Shown here: positions 20,274 to 31,479 of the stretch, one piece after another | Layout: each line of letters starts with the position of its first letter | How positions within the stretch are numbered: position 1 is the stretch's first letter | Assembly: GCA_963716175.1 (NCBI GenBank) | Contig: OY970296.1 | Coordinates: forward strand, 3,584,001-3,648,000 | Source: an uncultured Armatimonadetes bacterium | Lineage (GTDB): Bacteria; Armatimonadota; Hebobacteria; Hebobacterales; Hebobacteraceae | DNA length: 64,000 nt | Direction of reading: 5' to 3' | Position numbers and translations under genes: made by a program | Notes under the pieces: model-generated | Database searches by the model: none | The model's input: only the letters and a program-made list of their open reading frames with translations | Told to the model about the DNA's origin: nothing

Positions 20274-22019
20274 CTAGCTAGCTCCCAGGCCTAGCGCTGT
20301 CTCTGCTTCCTGCCGGAGGCGCTCTTTCTCCGACCCGCAGTCAATGTGATCCCAGGGCAAGGGGTCGTCGAAATCGAGCGCGTGGTTCGCGAAATCTCGT
20401 AGCTCGATTCCAGCCTGGCGGAATGCCTGCTGCCAGCGCCCGAAGTCGAAGTGCTCTCCCCAGGCGTCGAACCTTGCCCCCAGCCGCCAGGCGCCCTCGA
20501 TGGCCTGCCCCACGCGCCGATCCCCCCTGGAGACAGCCGCCTCCAGCGCGCTGACTGCGGGTTCAGTCCAGGAGAGCTTGACCGCGCGGTCACGCAAACC
20601 CTCTTGCAGGATCTTGTGCTTGCGCGCCAGCACTTCGATCTCGTCCTGGGCCATCCACTGAAAGGGGGTGTGCGGCTTGGGGACGAAGGCCGCGACACTC
20701 ACCCCGAGCTGGAGCCGGCCCCGCCGGCTGCCCAGCGCGCCCCGGCCAAAGGCCACCAGCCGATTCACGAGGTCGGCGATGGCGGCCACATCTTCGTCCC
20801 TCTCCGTTGGCAGGCCGATCATGAAGTAGAGCTTCAAGCGATGCCAGCCGGAAGAGAACGCGGCATCGGCGGCGGCGAAGAGATCGTCCTCGCTCAACCG
20901 CTTGCGGATCACTTCGCGCAGCCGCTGGGTTCCGGTCTCGGGGGCGAAAGTGAGCCCGCTCTTGCGCACCCGCTGGATCTGATTGGCGAGAGAGACTGAG
21001 AAGGCGTCCGCCCGCAGCGAAGGCAGGGCCACACCGACCCCCCGATCGCCGAAGCGCTCGACCAGCCGCTCCACCAGTTCCTCAATGCCGGCGTAGTCCA
21101 CACTGGTGAAGGCGAGCAAGGAGATCTCGTCATAGCCGGTGGCGGCCACCGCCTCCTCGGCCTGGCGGAGAAGGGTTTCCAGAGTGCGCTGCCGGCGCGG
21201 GCTGTAGGCGGCCTGGGCCTGACAGAACCGGCAGCCGCGGGCGCAGCCGCGCATGATCTCCAGGGTGACGCGGGAGTGAACGGTTTCGACGAAGGGAACG
21301 ATCTGTCCGACCGGAAACGGCGCCTGGTCCAGGTCGGCCACGAAGCGGCGAGGGATGTGTGCGGGCGCGCCGTCCTGAGGCGTCACCGTCCCACGCGGCC
21401 CCGGGCCGCCGGGCGTGTAGTCATACCGGGAGGGCAGGTAGAGGCCGGGAATCCCGGCGAGCTTGCCCAGCGCGGCCGCGCGGTCTCGGCCCGCGACCGC
21501 CTCCGCGATCTCGAGGATAGCGTCCTCACCTTCACCGATCAGGATGGCATCGAAGAAGTCGGCGACCGGCTCTGGGTTCACCGCGCCGGGGCCGCCTGCG
21601 ATCACCAGTGGATCGCCCTCGCCGCGCTGGTCGGCGCGCACCGGGATGCCGCCGAGATCGAGCATATTGAGGATGTTGGTATAGGTCAGCTCATAGGGCA
21701 GGGTGATGCCGACGACATCGAAGTCCCGCAGCGGAGTTCGGGATTCCAGGCTGAACAGTGGAAGGCGGTGAGACCGGAGCTGCTCCTCCATATCGGGCCA
21801 GGGGGCGAAGCAGCGTTCCGCGAGGTAGTCAGGATGAGCGTTGAGGATATGGTAGAGGATCTGGAGCCCGAGGTGCGACATCCCCACTTCATAGATATCG
21901 GGGTAAAGCAGTGCAACGCGCACACGAGCAGACGCGCGATCTTTGTGGATCGCGTTCCATTCCCCATCAGTGTAACGCGCGGGCTTGGTGACCCGCGGCA
22001 ACATCATCTCCAAATCCAA
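20274..22019 (-). CDS. B12-binding-type radical SAM protein (TIGR03960)
   Basis: KPARYTDGE, YPDIYEVGMSHLG, RGCARGCRFCQA, TFAPETGTQRLR; TTG start with GGAGG SD. Confidence 0.9.
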   Translation of the reverse strand: MDLEMMLPRVTKPARYTDGEWNAIHKDRASARVRVALLYPDIYEVGMSHLGLQILYHILNAHPDYLAERCFAPWPDMEEQLRSHRLPLFSLESRTPLRDFDVVGITLPYELTYTNILNMLDLGGIPVRADQRGEGDPLVIAGGPGAVNPEPVADFFDAILIGEGEDAILEIAEAVAGRDRAAALGKLAGIPGLYLPSRYDYTPGGPGPRGTVTPQDGAPAHIPRRFVADLDQAPFPVGQIVPFVETVHSRVTLEIMRGCARGCRFCQAQAAYSPRRQRTLETLLRQAEEAVAATGYDEISLLAFTSVDYAGIEELVERLVERFGDRGVGVALPSLRADAFSVSLANQIQRVRKSGLTFAPETGTQRLREVIRKRLSEDDLFAAADAAFSSGWHRLKLYFMIGLPTERDEDVAAIADLVNRLVAFGRGALGSRRGRLQLGVSVAAFVPKPHTPFQWMAQDEIEVLARKHKILQEGLRDRAVKLSWTEPAVSALEAAVSRGDRRVGQAIEGAWRLGARFDAWGEHFDFGRWQQAFRQAGIELRDFANHALDFDDPLPWDHIDCGSEKERLRQEAETALGLGAS

Positions 22020-22140
22020 ACCTTTGCCTCCACCCACATCCCCACGCGACGATACCCCTGGTGACACAGAAGCCCGGAGGGAGGCCCCTCCTGCTTCGGT
22101 CTTGCCCCTCGCCCCAACCTCGCCGCTGCCTTCCCCCGCG

Positions 22141-22890
22141 CTAGGCCGCGAGCGCCTCCATGATGCGATCCGGGATATCGAAGTTGGCGTAGACCTGCTG
22201 CACGTCCTCCAGGTCTTCCAGGGCGTCAATCAGGCGCAGCACCTGTTGGGCCTGCTTCTCCGCGAGGGTCACCCGGGTCTGTGGCACCATAGTCACTTCC
22301 GCGCTCTCGTAGGCGATCCCCTTCGCCTCCAGCACTTTCTTCACCGCCTCCAGCTCCCCCGGGGCGGTGCGAATCTCGTAGCAGGAGTCATCACTCTGCA
22401 TATCCTCGGCCCCGGCCTCCAGGGCCACCTCCAGCACCTGGTCCTCGGCCGCGCCCTCCCGGGGCACGATGATCACACCGTGCTGGTGGAAGAGCCAGGC
22501 CACCGCGTTCGACTCCGCCAGGTTGCCGCCGTTGCGCGCGAAGATGCTGCGCAGCTCCCCCACCGTCCGGTTGCGGTTGTCGGTGAGCACCTGGGCCATC
22601 ACCGCCACTCCGCCCGGCGCGTAGCCTTCATAGGTCATGGACTCGAACTGAACGCCCTCGATCTCACCGGTGCCGCGCTGGATGGCGCGCTTGACGTTGT
22701 CCTGGGGCATGCCGGCCGTGCGCGCCTTGTCCATTGCGATCCGCAACCGCACATTGGTCCCCGGGTCGCCCCCGGCTTCCCGCGCCGCGGCCATGATCTC
22801 ACGGGAGATCTTGGCGAAGACCTTGCTCTTCTTCTGATCCTGGGCCTGCTTGCGCAGCTTGATATTATGCCATTTGGAGTGTCCAGACAT
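22141..22890 (-). CDS. yebC: YebC/PmpR family protein
   Basis: MSGHSKWHNIK, TDNRNRT, DVQQVYANF. Confidence 0.97.
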   Translation of the reverse strand: MSGHSKWHNIKLRKQAQDQKKSKVFAKISREIMAAAREAGGDPGTNVRLRIAMDKARTAGMPQDNVKRAIQRGTGEIEGVQFESMTYEGYAPGGVAVMAQVLTDNRNRTVGELRSIFARNGGNLAESNAVAWLFHQHGVIIVPREGAAEDQVLEVALEAGAEDMQSDDSCYEIRTAPGELEAVKKVLEAKGIAYESAEVTMVPQTRVTLAEKQAQQVLRLIDALEDLEDVQQVYANFDIPDRIMEALAA

Positions 22891-22921
22891 GGGGTGCCGC
22901 CCTCCGGGCCCTGCCGAGAGG

Positions 22922-22950
22922 ATTCTACTCGATTACAGCACGCGTGACAA
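22922..22950 (-). promoter_or_regulatory. sigma70 promoter of the yebC operon
   Basis: minus strand TTGTCA-17-TAGAAT. Confidence 0.75.
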
Positions 22951-23061
22951 GGGCTACGCGGTTCCCGGGGTGCCCCCGGCTCTCTGACCTGCCTCCTCCT
23001 GTCATCCTGAGTCCGTCGCAGGCGGACTGTCCCATCCCCACCTGGCCTAGAGCCCGCGCCC

Positions 23062-23397
23062 TCACGCCCGTATCATCACCAGCAGCATCTTGAACCGGGT
23101 CACGGCCCGCAGGGCGTGGGGTTGGTTGGCGGGCATGATGATGAACTCGCCCTGGCGCACAGCCTGCGGCTGGCCGGAGATGGTGACTTCGGCCTCGCCC
23201 TCTGCCACCAGCACCAGCGCGTCATAGGGCGCGGTGTGCTCGCTCAGGCCCGAGCCCTGGTCGAAGGCGAACAGGGTCACGCTGCCAACCGGCTTGTCTA
23301 TGATCGTCCTGCTGACAACCGAGCCAGCTTGGTAAGCAACCAGGCCGGAGAGATCGAAGGGCTTCCCGATGAGGTCGTTCTCAACCATATCTGCCAC
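23062..23397 (-). CDS. cupin domain protein
   Basis: TLFAFDQGSGLSEHTAP, IIMPANQPHAL. Confidence 0.9.
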   Translation of the reverse strand: MADMVENDLIGKPFDLSGLVAYQAGSVVSRTIIDKPVGSVTLFAFDQGSGLSEHTAPYDALVLVAEGEAEVTISGQPQAVRQGEFIIMPANQPHALRAVTRFKMLLVMIRA

Positions 23398-23421
23398 GCA
23401 CCCTCCTCTCTTGGATCAGAC

Positions 23422-23447
23422 GGCGGGGTCGGGAGACCCCGCCCTAC
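23422..23447 (-). repeat. GTAG-REP overlapping the copA stop codon
   Basis: minus strand GTAG-GGCGGGGTC-TCCC-GACCCCGCC. Confidence 0.8.
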
Positions 23448-25657
23448 AGAGCCGCAGCGGGCCGGTAGCGCCGCAGCCGCAGCGCGTTCGTCACCACCGA
23501 TACTGACGAGAATGCCATGGCGGCGGCGGCGATGGCGGGATTGAGCAGCACGTGCAGGAAGGGATAGAGGACACCGGCCGCAATCGGGATGCCGATGAGG
23601 TTGTAGAAGAAGGCCCAGAACAGGTTCTGGCGGATGTTGTGGAGCACGGCGCGGCTCAGTTGGATGGTCTCGGGCACCAGGCGGAGGTCATCCCGGACCA
23701 GGGTGATTTGCGCCGCCTCCATGGCGACATCCGTTCCCCGCCCGATGGCGATTCCCAGGTCGGCCTGGGCCAGCGCGGGCGCATCGTTGATCCCGTCGCC
23801 CACCATCGCCACTCGCTTCCCCTCCGTTTGCAGGGCCTTGATCACTTCGGCCTTCTTGTCCGGGAGCACCTCGGCCCGCACGTCATCAATCCCCACCGCG
23901 CTCGCCACCGCCCGGCCGGTGCGCAAGTTATCGCCTGTGATCATGATCATATCCAGGCCCATCTGCCGCAGGCGCTTGACCGCATTAGCCGCCTCTGACT
24001 TCGCCAGATCGGCGAGCGCGATCACGCCGACCGCTTCGCCGTCGAAGCCGATGAGCAGCCCTGTTTTGCCCTGACTCTCGAGCTTGGCGGCGGCCTCCGC
24101 CACTGGCCCCATGCTGATAGAGGCGCCCTCCATCAGCCGGACCGTCCCCACGTAGGCCGGTTTCCCACCGAGGCGCCCGCGAACGCCCTGACCCGGGACC
24201 GCCTCGAAGTCCTCTGCGCTCTGTAGGTCCAGCCCACGCTCATGAGCGACGCGAACCACCGCCTGACCCAGGGGATGCTCCGAGTTCTGCTCGAGCGAGG
24301 CCGCCAGCCGCAGCACCCCCTCTTCCGTCCATCCCGAAGCGGCGACGATGTCGGTCACCTCCGGCTCGCCCTGGGTGAGAGTGCCGGTCTTGTCGAAGAC
24401 CAATGTGCGCACATTCCCGGCGGTCTCGAGCGCGGCCGCGGTGCGCACCAGAATGCCCAGCTCGGCCGCGCGACCCGTTCCGACCAGCAGCGAGGTCGGA
24501 GTGGCCAGGCCCATGGCGCAGGGACAGGCGATGATGAGCACCGCCACCGCGGCCGTGATCGCACTCGTCAGATTCGGGCCGAAGACAAGCCAGATGGCCA
24601 CCGTGATCGCAGCCAGGGCAATGACGATGGGGACGAACACCCCCGCCACCCGGTCGGCAAGGCGCTGGATAGGTGCCTTGGAGCCCTGCGCCTCCCGGAC
24701 CAGCCGGATGATGCGAGCCAGCACGGTGTCGCTGCCCACACCCGTGGCGCGAAAGCGGAAGCCGCCGGTCCGGTTCACCGTCCCGCCAATCACGAAATCA
24801 TCCGCCGCCTTCTCCACCGGCATGCTCTCGCCGGTGACCATGCTCTCGTCCACCGCGGAATGACCTTCCGCGATGACCCCGTCCACCGGGATGCGCTCGC
24901 CTGGCCGCACCAGCACCGCGTCGCCAATCACAACTTGCTCGATCGGGATCTCCGCTTCTTCGCCGTCGCGCATCACCCGCGCGGTTTTCGCGCGCAGGCC
25001 GGCGAGACGACGGATCGCCTCCGAGGCGCGCCCCTTGGCGGTCGCCTCCAGGGTGCGGCCCAGCAGGATGAGCGCGATGATCATGGTCGCGGTGTCGTAG
25101 TACAGCTCCGGCCTGGCGCCAGTGCCGGCGAACGGACCAGGCACCAGCGTAACTGCCAGGCTGTAGCCATAGGCTGCGGAGGTGCCCACGGCGATGAGAG
25201 TGTTCATGTCCGCAGAGCGATTCCGGAGCGCGGCCCAAGCCCCCTGGTAGAACTGCCACCCGGCCCAGAACTGGACCGGCGTGGCCAAGGCCAACAGCAC
25301 CCAGTCAGCGGCCCGCACGGGCAGCAGGCGGAAGCCGTGGATTACCAGGATCAGGATGGTGGCAATGACGGAGAAAACCAGTCGCCTGGTGAGGCTGCGC
25401 AGCTCGCGCGCATGGGCGGCCCGGTCAGCGTCTTCCCCCTCCTCCCTCATCGCCCGGTAGCCAGCGGATTCGACGCTGTGGATCAGGTCCTCGACGTTCA
25501 GGAGCCCATCGTCGAAGATGACGGTGGCCTCTTCTGTGGCCAGGTTAACCGCGGCCTGCCTGACCCCTTGCGTCCGGGTGAGGCTGCGCTCCACCGTGGA
25601 CACGCAAGCGGCGCAGTGCATGCCCATGATCTTCAGATCCACCCGCTTGGCTGCCAT
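23444..25657 (-). CDS. copA: Cu(I)-type P1B ATPase
   Basis: [37 protein letters not shown] and MAFSS motifs. Confidence 0.95.
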   Translation of the reverse strand: MAAKRVDLKIMGMHCAACVSTVERSLTRTQGVRQAAVNLATEEATVIFDDGLLNVEDLIHSVESAGYRAMREEGEDADRAAHARELRSLTRRLVFSVIATILILVIHGFRLLPVRAADWVLLALATPVQFWAGWQFYQGAWAALRNRSADMNTLIAVGTSAAYGYSLAVTLVPGPFAGTGARPELYYDTATMIIALILLGRTLEATAKGRASEAIRRLAGLRAKTARVMRDGEEAEIPIEQVVIGDAVLVRPGERIPVDGVIAEGHSAVDESMVTGESMPVEKAADDFVIGGTVNRTGGFRFRATGVGSDTVLARIIRLVREAQGSKAPIQRLADRVAGVFVPIVIALAAITVAIWLVFGPNLTSAITAAVAVLIIACPCAMGLATPTSLLVGTGRAAELGILVRTAAALETAGNVRTLVFDKTGTLTQGEPEVTDIVAASGWTEEGVLRLAASLEQNSEHPLGQAVVRVAHERGLDLQSAEDFEAVPGQGVRGRLGGKPAYVGTVRLMEGASISMGPVAEAAAKLESQGKTGLLIGFDGEAVGVIALADLAKSEAANAVKRLRQMGLDMIMITGDNLRTGRAVASAVGIDDVRAEVLPDKKAEVIKALQTEGKRVAMVGDGINDAPALAQADLGIAIGRGTDVAMEAAQITLVRDDLRLVPETIQLSRAVLHNIRQNLFWAFFYNLIGIPIAAGVLYPFLHVLLNPAIAAAAMAFSSVSVVTNALRLRRYRPAAAL

Positions 25658-25786
25658 GGCACCTGGATTCTACCCGAAAGGCGTTTGTGTGTGTTCACCT
25701 CCATGAGTTTGTGGCGCACCAGCATGACAATAGGGCAGGAGGCAAGTCGCCAGAGGCGACTCAAGCTCCTGCCCAACTGAACGGCC

Positions 25787-25817
25787 GGCGGGGATGCCTT
25801 CGGCATGCCCGCCCTAC
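25787..25817 (-). repeat. GTAG-REP
   Basis: ggcggggatgcc-ttc-ggcatgccccgccctac. Confidence 0.75.
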
Positions 25818-25824
25818 AGACGGC

Positions 25825-27252
25825 CTACTCAGCGCAGCGGATGGGGAGGTCGTAGGGCCCGTCCTCCAAGGACTTGGCAGCGCGATCCCAGGGCTTCCCG
25901 CCATCGTCCTTCAGGTTCGGGCCTATGCTGTAGACGATGAAGCCTGCCCCTTCGCGGCGGTAGTGATAGGTCTTGCCGCCGAAGGGATCATTGGGGAGCC
26001 TGAAGCCGGCCTGTTCCAGTGCAGCGAGGGAATCGGGATAGCCGCCGCGGTCGGAACGGTGGGTCTTCAGAGCGAGAGCGATCTGGGCATCGCCGAGCGA
26101 GGCGGTCGCCCTGTCCCGGCTCAAGACGGCGCGGGAGAAGACGGGCGTGATCATCTTCGTCAGGATGCTGCCGTAGGTTGGAAGCCGTTTCATGCCGTTC
26201 TCCATGTCCTCAATCGCCCGCTTCGACTGTGGCCAGGGGAGGCCAAAGGCATCCAGGTTCTTCTTCATAGCCCGAAGATAGGCCAGCTCGTCCAGATAGG
26301 CGATGGGGCGTCCCACGCTCCCATAGCTGCGGAGGGCAAGTACCGGCCAGCGGCTCCCGCTCTGCCCGGCCGCCTCTGCCAAGTCCCTCATATCCCCGTC
26401 AGACCTACGCCGCAGCAAAGACTCGAAAGTGGCCAGGCCGCAGAGAGCGACCTCACCTTTCATCGCGCGGATTGACGGCGCTATCTGGTCAATGGCGGCG
26501 ATCTGGTCGAACAACCTCTGGCAAGCCTGAGGTGATGGTGTGCCGGCGGACAGGGCACGTTCTAGGGACTGGAGTGCGATACCCTGCAGCGCGTAGGCGA
26601 CGAGCTGGCTGATCAGGCTTGGCTCCATCTTGGCGTGCTGCGCCATCCCCAGCATCGCCCCACAATCGGCGAGGGCCTGGTCCGGGTGATCGTCGTGCAC
26701 CGCCAACCCGTTCCGCGCCTGCAGCATTCTAGCGGCCTGGCGCAGCTTCGCGAGATGAGCAAACGAGATCGCCCAGGGCCAGCCATGCCAGTTGACGGGA
26801 AAGGCGCAGTGCGGAGTGCGAGCCGCCCCCTCCAGCAGCCGGTAGTACTCAGCATTGGCGGCGATCACGCGCCGCGCCAGGGCCAAGCGCTTCGCGTCCC
26901 ACTGGTCGAACGGATTCTCGAATAGCTCATCCTCATCTTCCTTCGACAGCCGGAGGGCGTCGAAAGCCTTCTGATAGAGGTCGGCCGCGTTCTTCTCGCC
27001 GGCTGGCACGCGCGGGATGAGATCGTCAATAGGGACGATGTAGCCGGCGGCCTTCTGTCGCGCGATCTCCCTGGCCAGCATGCGGCCGGTGATGAGGGTA
27101 GCGGTGAGGTGCACTACCAGCAGCGCCAGCACGACGTAGGCTAAAGCCCGGGCCCGTCTTCTCACTCCGCGCCCGAACCATCTCGCTGCACGCCACAGCG
27201 CGCGCAGGACACTACGCGGCGCGAATCTCACCGTGGGAAAGAACTCGCTCAT
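25825..27252 (-). CDS. hypothetical membrane-anchored helical protein with GspG-like C-terminal motif
   Basis: N-terminal TM; GYPDSLAAL...LPNDPFGG...VYSIGPNLKDDGG. Confidence 0.7.
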   Translation of the reverse strand: MSEFFPTVRFAPRSVLRALWRAARWFGRGVRRRARALAYVVLALLVVHLTATLITGRMLAREIARQKAAGYIVPIDDLIPRVPAGEKNAADLYQKAFDALRLSKEDEDELFENPFDQWDAKRLALARRVIAANAEYYRLLEGAARTPHCAFPVNWHGWPWAISFAHLAKLRQAARMLQARNGLAVHDDHPDQALADCGAMLGMAQHAKMEPSLISQLVAYALQGIALQSLERALSAGTPSPQACQRLFDQIAAIDQIAPSIRAMKGEVALCGLATFESLLRRRSDGDMRDLAEAAGQSGSRWPVLALRSYGSVGRPIAYLDELAYLRAMKKNLDAFGLPWPQSKRAIEDMENGMKRLPTYGSILTKMITPVFSRAVLSRDRATASLGDAQIALALKTHRSDRGGYPDSLAALEQAGFRLPNDPFGGKTYHYRREGAGFIVYSIGPNLKDDGGKPWDRAAKSLEDGPYDLPIRCAE

Positions 27253-27255
27253 GGA

Positions 27256-27672
27256 TCAACCTCCGTCCGACTGTTCCAGCATCCGCTGCCGCAGCTCGAA
27301 GTATGTTTCTCTTTGAGTGCTGGGATGGCGCATGGCCAGTCGCAGGCGGTTCCGTAGGGCGGGCACGCCCATGTCCGCCAGCCACAGCTCGTCCTCCGAC
27401 TGCTCCTGGGCGATGGCGGCCGGTGGCGCGGTTCGCGGCAGGGTCAGACCGGCATCCTGGCAGCGCATAACGAGCGCATCCGCCACCAGCAGGAGCACGA
27501 CCGCGGCCAGCAGACAGGCAGGACGCAACGCCCACGCGCGGCGCGTTCGGGAAAGCGGCCGGTGCGACAGGATGCGCTCTCGCAGCCCCGGACCCGGCTC
27601 CCGCCGCGGCAACTGGCGGATCAGGGTCTCCAGTTGGTCGTCAGTCAGTCCCTGGTAAGCACGCCTGTTCAT
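27256..27672 (-). CDS. putative anti-sigma factor (single TM)
   Basis: overlaps the ECF sigma stop; PGPGLRERIL followed by a TM segment. Confidence 0.65.
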   Translation of the reverse strand: MNRRAYQGLTDDQLETLIRQLPRREPGPGLRERILSHRPLSRTRRAWALRPACLLAAVVLLLVADALVMRCQDAGLTLPRTAPPAAIAQEQSEDELWLADMGVPALRNRLRLAMRHPSTQRETYFELRQRMLEQSDGG

Positions 27673-28223
27673 CGTTGGACACCTTCCAGCAGTGCGCGCA
27701 GGCGACCCAGGGCGAGACGGTAGCGGCTGGCCGCGGTGTTCGCGGGAATTCGGAGCACCTCGCCGATCTCGCGGAAACTCAAGTCCTCGCTCAGCTTGAG
27801 CGCGATCACCTCGCGCTGCTCTAGGGGGAGCCGTCCCAATGCCCGCTGCACATCCAGCGCCAGCTCCCGGTCCCCGCCCCGGCAGGCCTCGGGGTCGATC
27901 CAGCAGACGGCGGCCGCGGCCGTCTCTCGCTCCCGCTTCCGCCGCTGGCGCAGGGCCTGCAGCGCCTGCCTGCGGGCGGCCTGGAAGAGATATGCCCGCT
28001 GGTTGCGGATCCCGCCGGCCCGGCGCCTCAGCAGCCCCAGCAGCACCTCCTGCAGCGCGTCCTCTGCTTCCGCGGGGGCGCCCAGGAGGGCAACCAGGTA
28101 GCGATAGAGAGAGCGCGCGTAGGCGTCGTAGAGGGCCGTCAAGTCCAGGGGGCTGGCACCCCGGCTCGCTTGCTCTTTCACTGCGGGTCGCGGCCTGCTC
28201 AGCACGCGGCTGATCTCCGTCAC
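27669..28223 (-). CDS. ECF RNA polymerase sigma factor
   Basis: AEDALQEV, LPLEQREVIALK, SFREIGEVL..PANTAASRYR. Confidence 0.9.
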   Translation of the reverse strand: MTEISRVLSRPRPAVKEQASRGASPLDLTALYDAYARSLYRYLVALLGAPAEAEDALQEVLLGLLRRRAGGIRNQRAYLFQAARRQALQALRQRRKRERETAAAAVCWIDPEACRGGDRELALDVQRALGRLPLEQREVIALKLSEDLSFREIGEVLRIPANTAASRYRLALGRLRALLEGVQR

Positions 28224-28375
28224 GGAAACGCGCTCCTATGCGGTTAGATGCAACTCAGGCCTCTTCTTGTCAGTCCCACCACACTATCTTTGAGTCTACC
28301 CAACTCGGATCCTCGGGCAGGAGACACTCTGTTGCCCTGCGAAGTCGTCCCTTGTGGGAGGCGCGGAGGCCGGGT

Positions 28376-29162
28376 ATGAGCCCTGAGAAGGCCGACTACT
28401 CCGAGATCGCCGAAGTCTACGACCGGGCGCGGACGGGCGACGCGCCTCACCTGGAATGGTGGTTCCAGAAGATCATCCGGGTCGGCGGCCTGCGGCCCGG
28501 CAGGCGGCTCATTGATCTCGGATGCGGCACCGGCCGGTGGGCCATTCCGCTGGCTGCGCGCACCGGCTGCGAGGTGGTCGGCTTAGACAGGTCGCCGGAG
28601 ATGCTGGAGAAGGCGCGGGCCAAGGACCGTGAGGGCCGCGTCACCTGGGTGGCCGGCGACGTGGAGCACCTGGAGCTGGAGCCGAGCAGCTTCGACTGCG
28701 CCTTTCTGTGCCTGATGATGCACCACATCGAGGATCACCTTGGGACGTTCAGAGGTGTGCTGCGGATACTGAAGCCCGGCGGTGTAATCCTGGTGCGACA
28801 GGGAACGCTGGAGCAGATCGTAGACGACCCCTGGCATCGCTTCTTCCCCGAGGCGGCGACCATAGACCGGCGGCGTACGCCATTCCGCGCCGAGATCGAG
28901 ACCTGGCTGCGGGAGGCTGGCTTCATGCAGATCGAGGCGGAGGAGGTAAGGCAGTTCACCTACCGCGACCTCGCCGACCTCAACGAGAGGATGCTGGGTG
29001 AGGTGCGGCTGCGAGTGGCATCGGTGCTCCGGCTGATCAGCGACGAAGCCTTCGCGCGGGCTGGCGCAACTCGAAGCCTATGTGCGTCAGCACCCAGATG
29101 ATCCCTGGCTCAAAGAGAGCCTGTTCACACTGTTCACGGCGAGGAAGCGGCATGAGCGCTGA
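28376..29162 (+). CDS. class I SAM-dependent methyltransferase (frameshift near 29058)
   Basis: IDLGCGTG, VGLDRSPEML, RILKPGG; an alternative frame continues LAQLEAYVRQHP...FTARKR to 29162. Confidence 0.82.
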
Positions 29163-29874
29163 GCATCTGGCCGAGCAGATGAAGGCATTGCCGGGCGCAA
29201 GCGCGGCAGACCTGATTGGCATCGCGGCTGGCGAGCAGTTCAGCTCGGAGGAGTTCGGTGAACTGGGCCGCAGCTTCGGCCCTGTGCGATCGGTCATCGT
29301 GCTCGCGCAGCGTATTGTTGACCCGGTGCAGACCGTTCGGTTCTGGTCTGCCAGGACCTACGCGGATTCGCTGACTGCCGCCTCCTTTGGTGATGCCATG
29401 CTTCGCCACGCCTGTTGGCAAGTGGTGCAGATTCTGTGGGAGGCGGGATATCGGGCCGTGATTCCCCGCAATCAGCGCTACGGCGACGACGGACCTCGCC
29501 ACAGCATCTCCTACAAGAAGGCGGGCGCGCTCGCGGGCTTGGGCTCGATCGGGAAGAGCCAACTCCTGATCCACCCCGATTGGGGCCCCTGGCTCCACCT
29601 GAGGACGGTGATCACCGACGCGGATCTCCCGGTGGACTCACCGATCACGTTTTCGCCTTGCGATGGCTGTGGGCGCTGCCTCGAAGCCTGTCCTTCGGGC
29701 GCGCTCTCAGCATCAGGTTTTGACCGGCCGCGATGCGAGCAGCCGATTGGCTACACCGGGCCGGGGAAGAACGTAGTGCGCCTGTCACCTCATGGGCGGA
29801 TCAACTGCGAGGAATGCATGCGGGCCTGCCCCGTGGGCGAGGCGCCGCCGCGGCTGACGCAGCACGCAGAATAG
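29152..29874 (+). CDS. QueG/reductive-dehalogenase-like 4Fe-4S protein
   Basis: SYKKAGALAGLGSIGKSQLLIHPDWGPW; CDGCGRCLEACP; CEECMRACP. Confidence 0.82.
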   Translation: MSAEHLAEQMKALPGASAADLIGIAAGEQFSSEEFGELGRSFGPVRSVIVLAQRIVDPVQTVRFWSARTYADSLTAASFGDAMLRHACWQVVQILWEAGYRAVIPRNQRYGDDGPRHSISYKKAGALAGLGSIGKSQLLIHPDWGPWLHLRTVITDADLPVDSPITFSPCDGCGRCLEACPSGALSASGFDRPRCEQPIGYTGPGKNVVRLSPHGRINCEECMRACPVGEAPPRLTQHAE

Positions 29875-29902
29875 GACGGGACCCGCCCAGACGGGTCCCG
29901 TC
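29875..29902. terminator. hairpin between convergent genes
   Basis: gacgggacccg-cccaga-cgggtcccgtc. Confidence 0.5.
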
Positions 29903-29930
29903 TTGCGCGCTCAGAACGTGCGACCAAAGG

Positions 29931-31301
29931 TCAGGCCGGCTCCGCGACCTGCGGCAGATCCTTCAGCGCCGCCTCGATCTTCTCCCGCGGGTACTCGTAG
30001 TCCTCAAGCTTCCCCGCGAAGTACCTCTCGTAGGCCCCAAGGTCGAAGAAGCCGTGCCCGCTATAGGCGATCAGGATACACTTCTCCTCACGGGTCTCCT
30101 TGCACTTCAGCGCCTCATCTATCGCGGCGCGGATGCAGTGCGCCGTCTCCGGCGCTGGCAGGAGGCCCTCGGTGCGAGCGAAGGTGACCGCGGCCTCGAA
30201 GGTGGGGAGCTGGTGATAGGCGCGGGCCTCGATCACGCCCTTGTTCACCAGCAGGCACAGCAGGGGCGCGTCGCCGTGGTAGCGCAACCCTCCCGCGTGA
30301 ATCGGCTCCGGCACGAAGGTGTGTCCCAGGGTGTACATCTTGAGCAGCGGGGTGAGCATTGCGGTGTCCCCGTAATCGTAGCGGTACAGACCCCGGGTGA
30401 GGGTCGGGCAGGCTTCCGGCTCGCACGCGATAATGTCAACCGCCTTGCCCTTCAGCTTATCCTTCACGAAGGGGAAGGCGAGTCCGGAGAAATTCGACCC
30501 GCCGCCCACGCAGCCCACGATCACATCCGGCTGCTCATCCACCAGCTTGAGCTGCGCCTTCGCCTCCTGCCCCACTATGGTCTGGTGCAGCAGCACGTGG
30601 TTCAACACGCTGCCAAGCGAGTACTTGGTATCATCGTGGGAGGCGGCGTCCTCCACCGCCTCCGAGATGGCGATGCCGAGGCTGCCCGGGGAATTCGGGT
30701 CCTTTCCCAGGATCATCTGTCCGGACTTAGTCAGGTTACTCGGAGAGGGGTGCACCGTGGCCCCCCAGGTTTCCATCAGCATGCGCCGGTAGGGCTTCTG
30801 CTCGTAGCTCACCTTCACCATGTAGACCGTGCACTCCAGTCCGAACAGGCAGCATCCGAAGGCGAGCGCGCTGCCCCATTGGCCGGCGCCGGTCTCGGTA
30901 GCGATGCGCTTCACGCCCTCCTGCTTGTTGTAGTAGGCCTGGGCCACCGCGGTGTTGGGCTTGTGGCTGCCCGGAGGACTAAAGCTCTCATTCTTGTAGT
31001 AGATGCGCGCGGGTGTGCCCAGGTGCTTCTCCAGCCGGTGCGCGCGGTAGAGAGGAGAGGGCCGCCAGAGCCGGTAGACGCGGCGCACCTCATCCGGAAT
31101 CTCGATCCACGGCTCCATGCTCACTTCCTGCTTGATCAGCTCCATGGGGAAGATCGGAGCCAGGTCCTGCGGGCCTATGGGCTTGCCGGTACCGGGGTGG
31201 ATGGGCGGTGCCAGCGGCGCAGGCAGGTCGGGGTTGATGTTATACCAGCGCTGCGGCAGCTCGCTCTCCCGGAGCGTGATCTTGGTCTCGTCCCTCGCCA
31301 T
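29931..31301 (-). CDS. trpB: TrpB2 (stand-alone tryptophan synthase beta-like PLP enzyme)
   Basis: [42 protein letters not shown]. Confidence 0.95.
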   Translation of the reverse strand: MARDETKITLRESELPQRWYNINPDLPAPLAPPIHPGTGKPIGPQDLAPIFPMELIKQEVSMEPWIEIPDEVRRVYRLWRPSPLYRAHRLEKHLGTPARIYYKNESFSPPGSHKPNTAVAQAYYNKQEGVKRIATETGAGQWGSALAFGCCLFGLECTVYMVKVSYEQKPYRRMLMETWGATVHPSPSNLTKSGQMILGKDPNSPGSLGIAISEAVEDAASHDDTKYSLGSVLNHVLLHQTIVGQEAKAQLKLVDEQPDVIVGCVGGGSNFSGLAFPFVKDKLKGKAVDIIACEPEACPTLTRGLYRYDYGDTAMLTPLLKMYTLGHTFVPEPIHAGGLRYHGDAPLLCLLVNKGVIEARAYHQLPTFEAAVTFARTEGLLPAPETAHCIRAAIDEALKCKETREEKCILIAYSGHGFFDLGAYERYFAGKLEDYEYPREKIEAALKDLPQVAEPA

Positions 31302-31479
31302 AGCCGGCCTCTCCTCTCGCGACGGCCCAGGGGGCCGTCAGGTTCTAGCCCTGTGGCCATGCCCAGGGCGACGGCAAGCCTCTTCACCGCCTGCCAGCCC
31401 TTTTCCTCTTTCCCGGGGCCAAGCAGGGCAGTCAATCACAGAGGCGCAGGGACACGGATCGGACCGCGGGTGTAACAGC

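Noticed and set aside
31302-31479. Trp attenuator or T-box upstream of trpB2
   Set aside because: No Trp-rich leader peptide, no GGTGGNACC motif and no terminator with a U-tract
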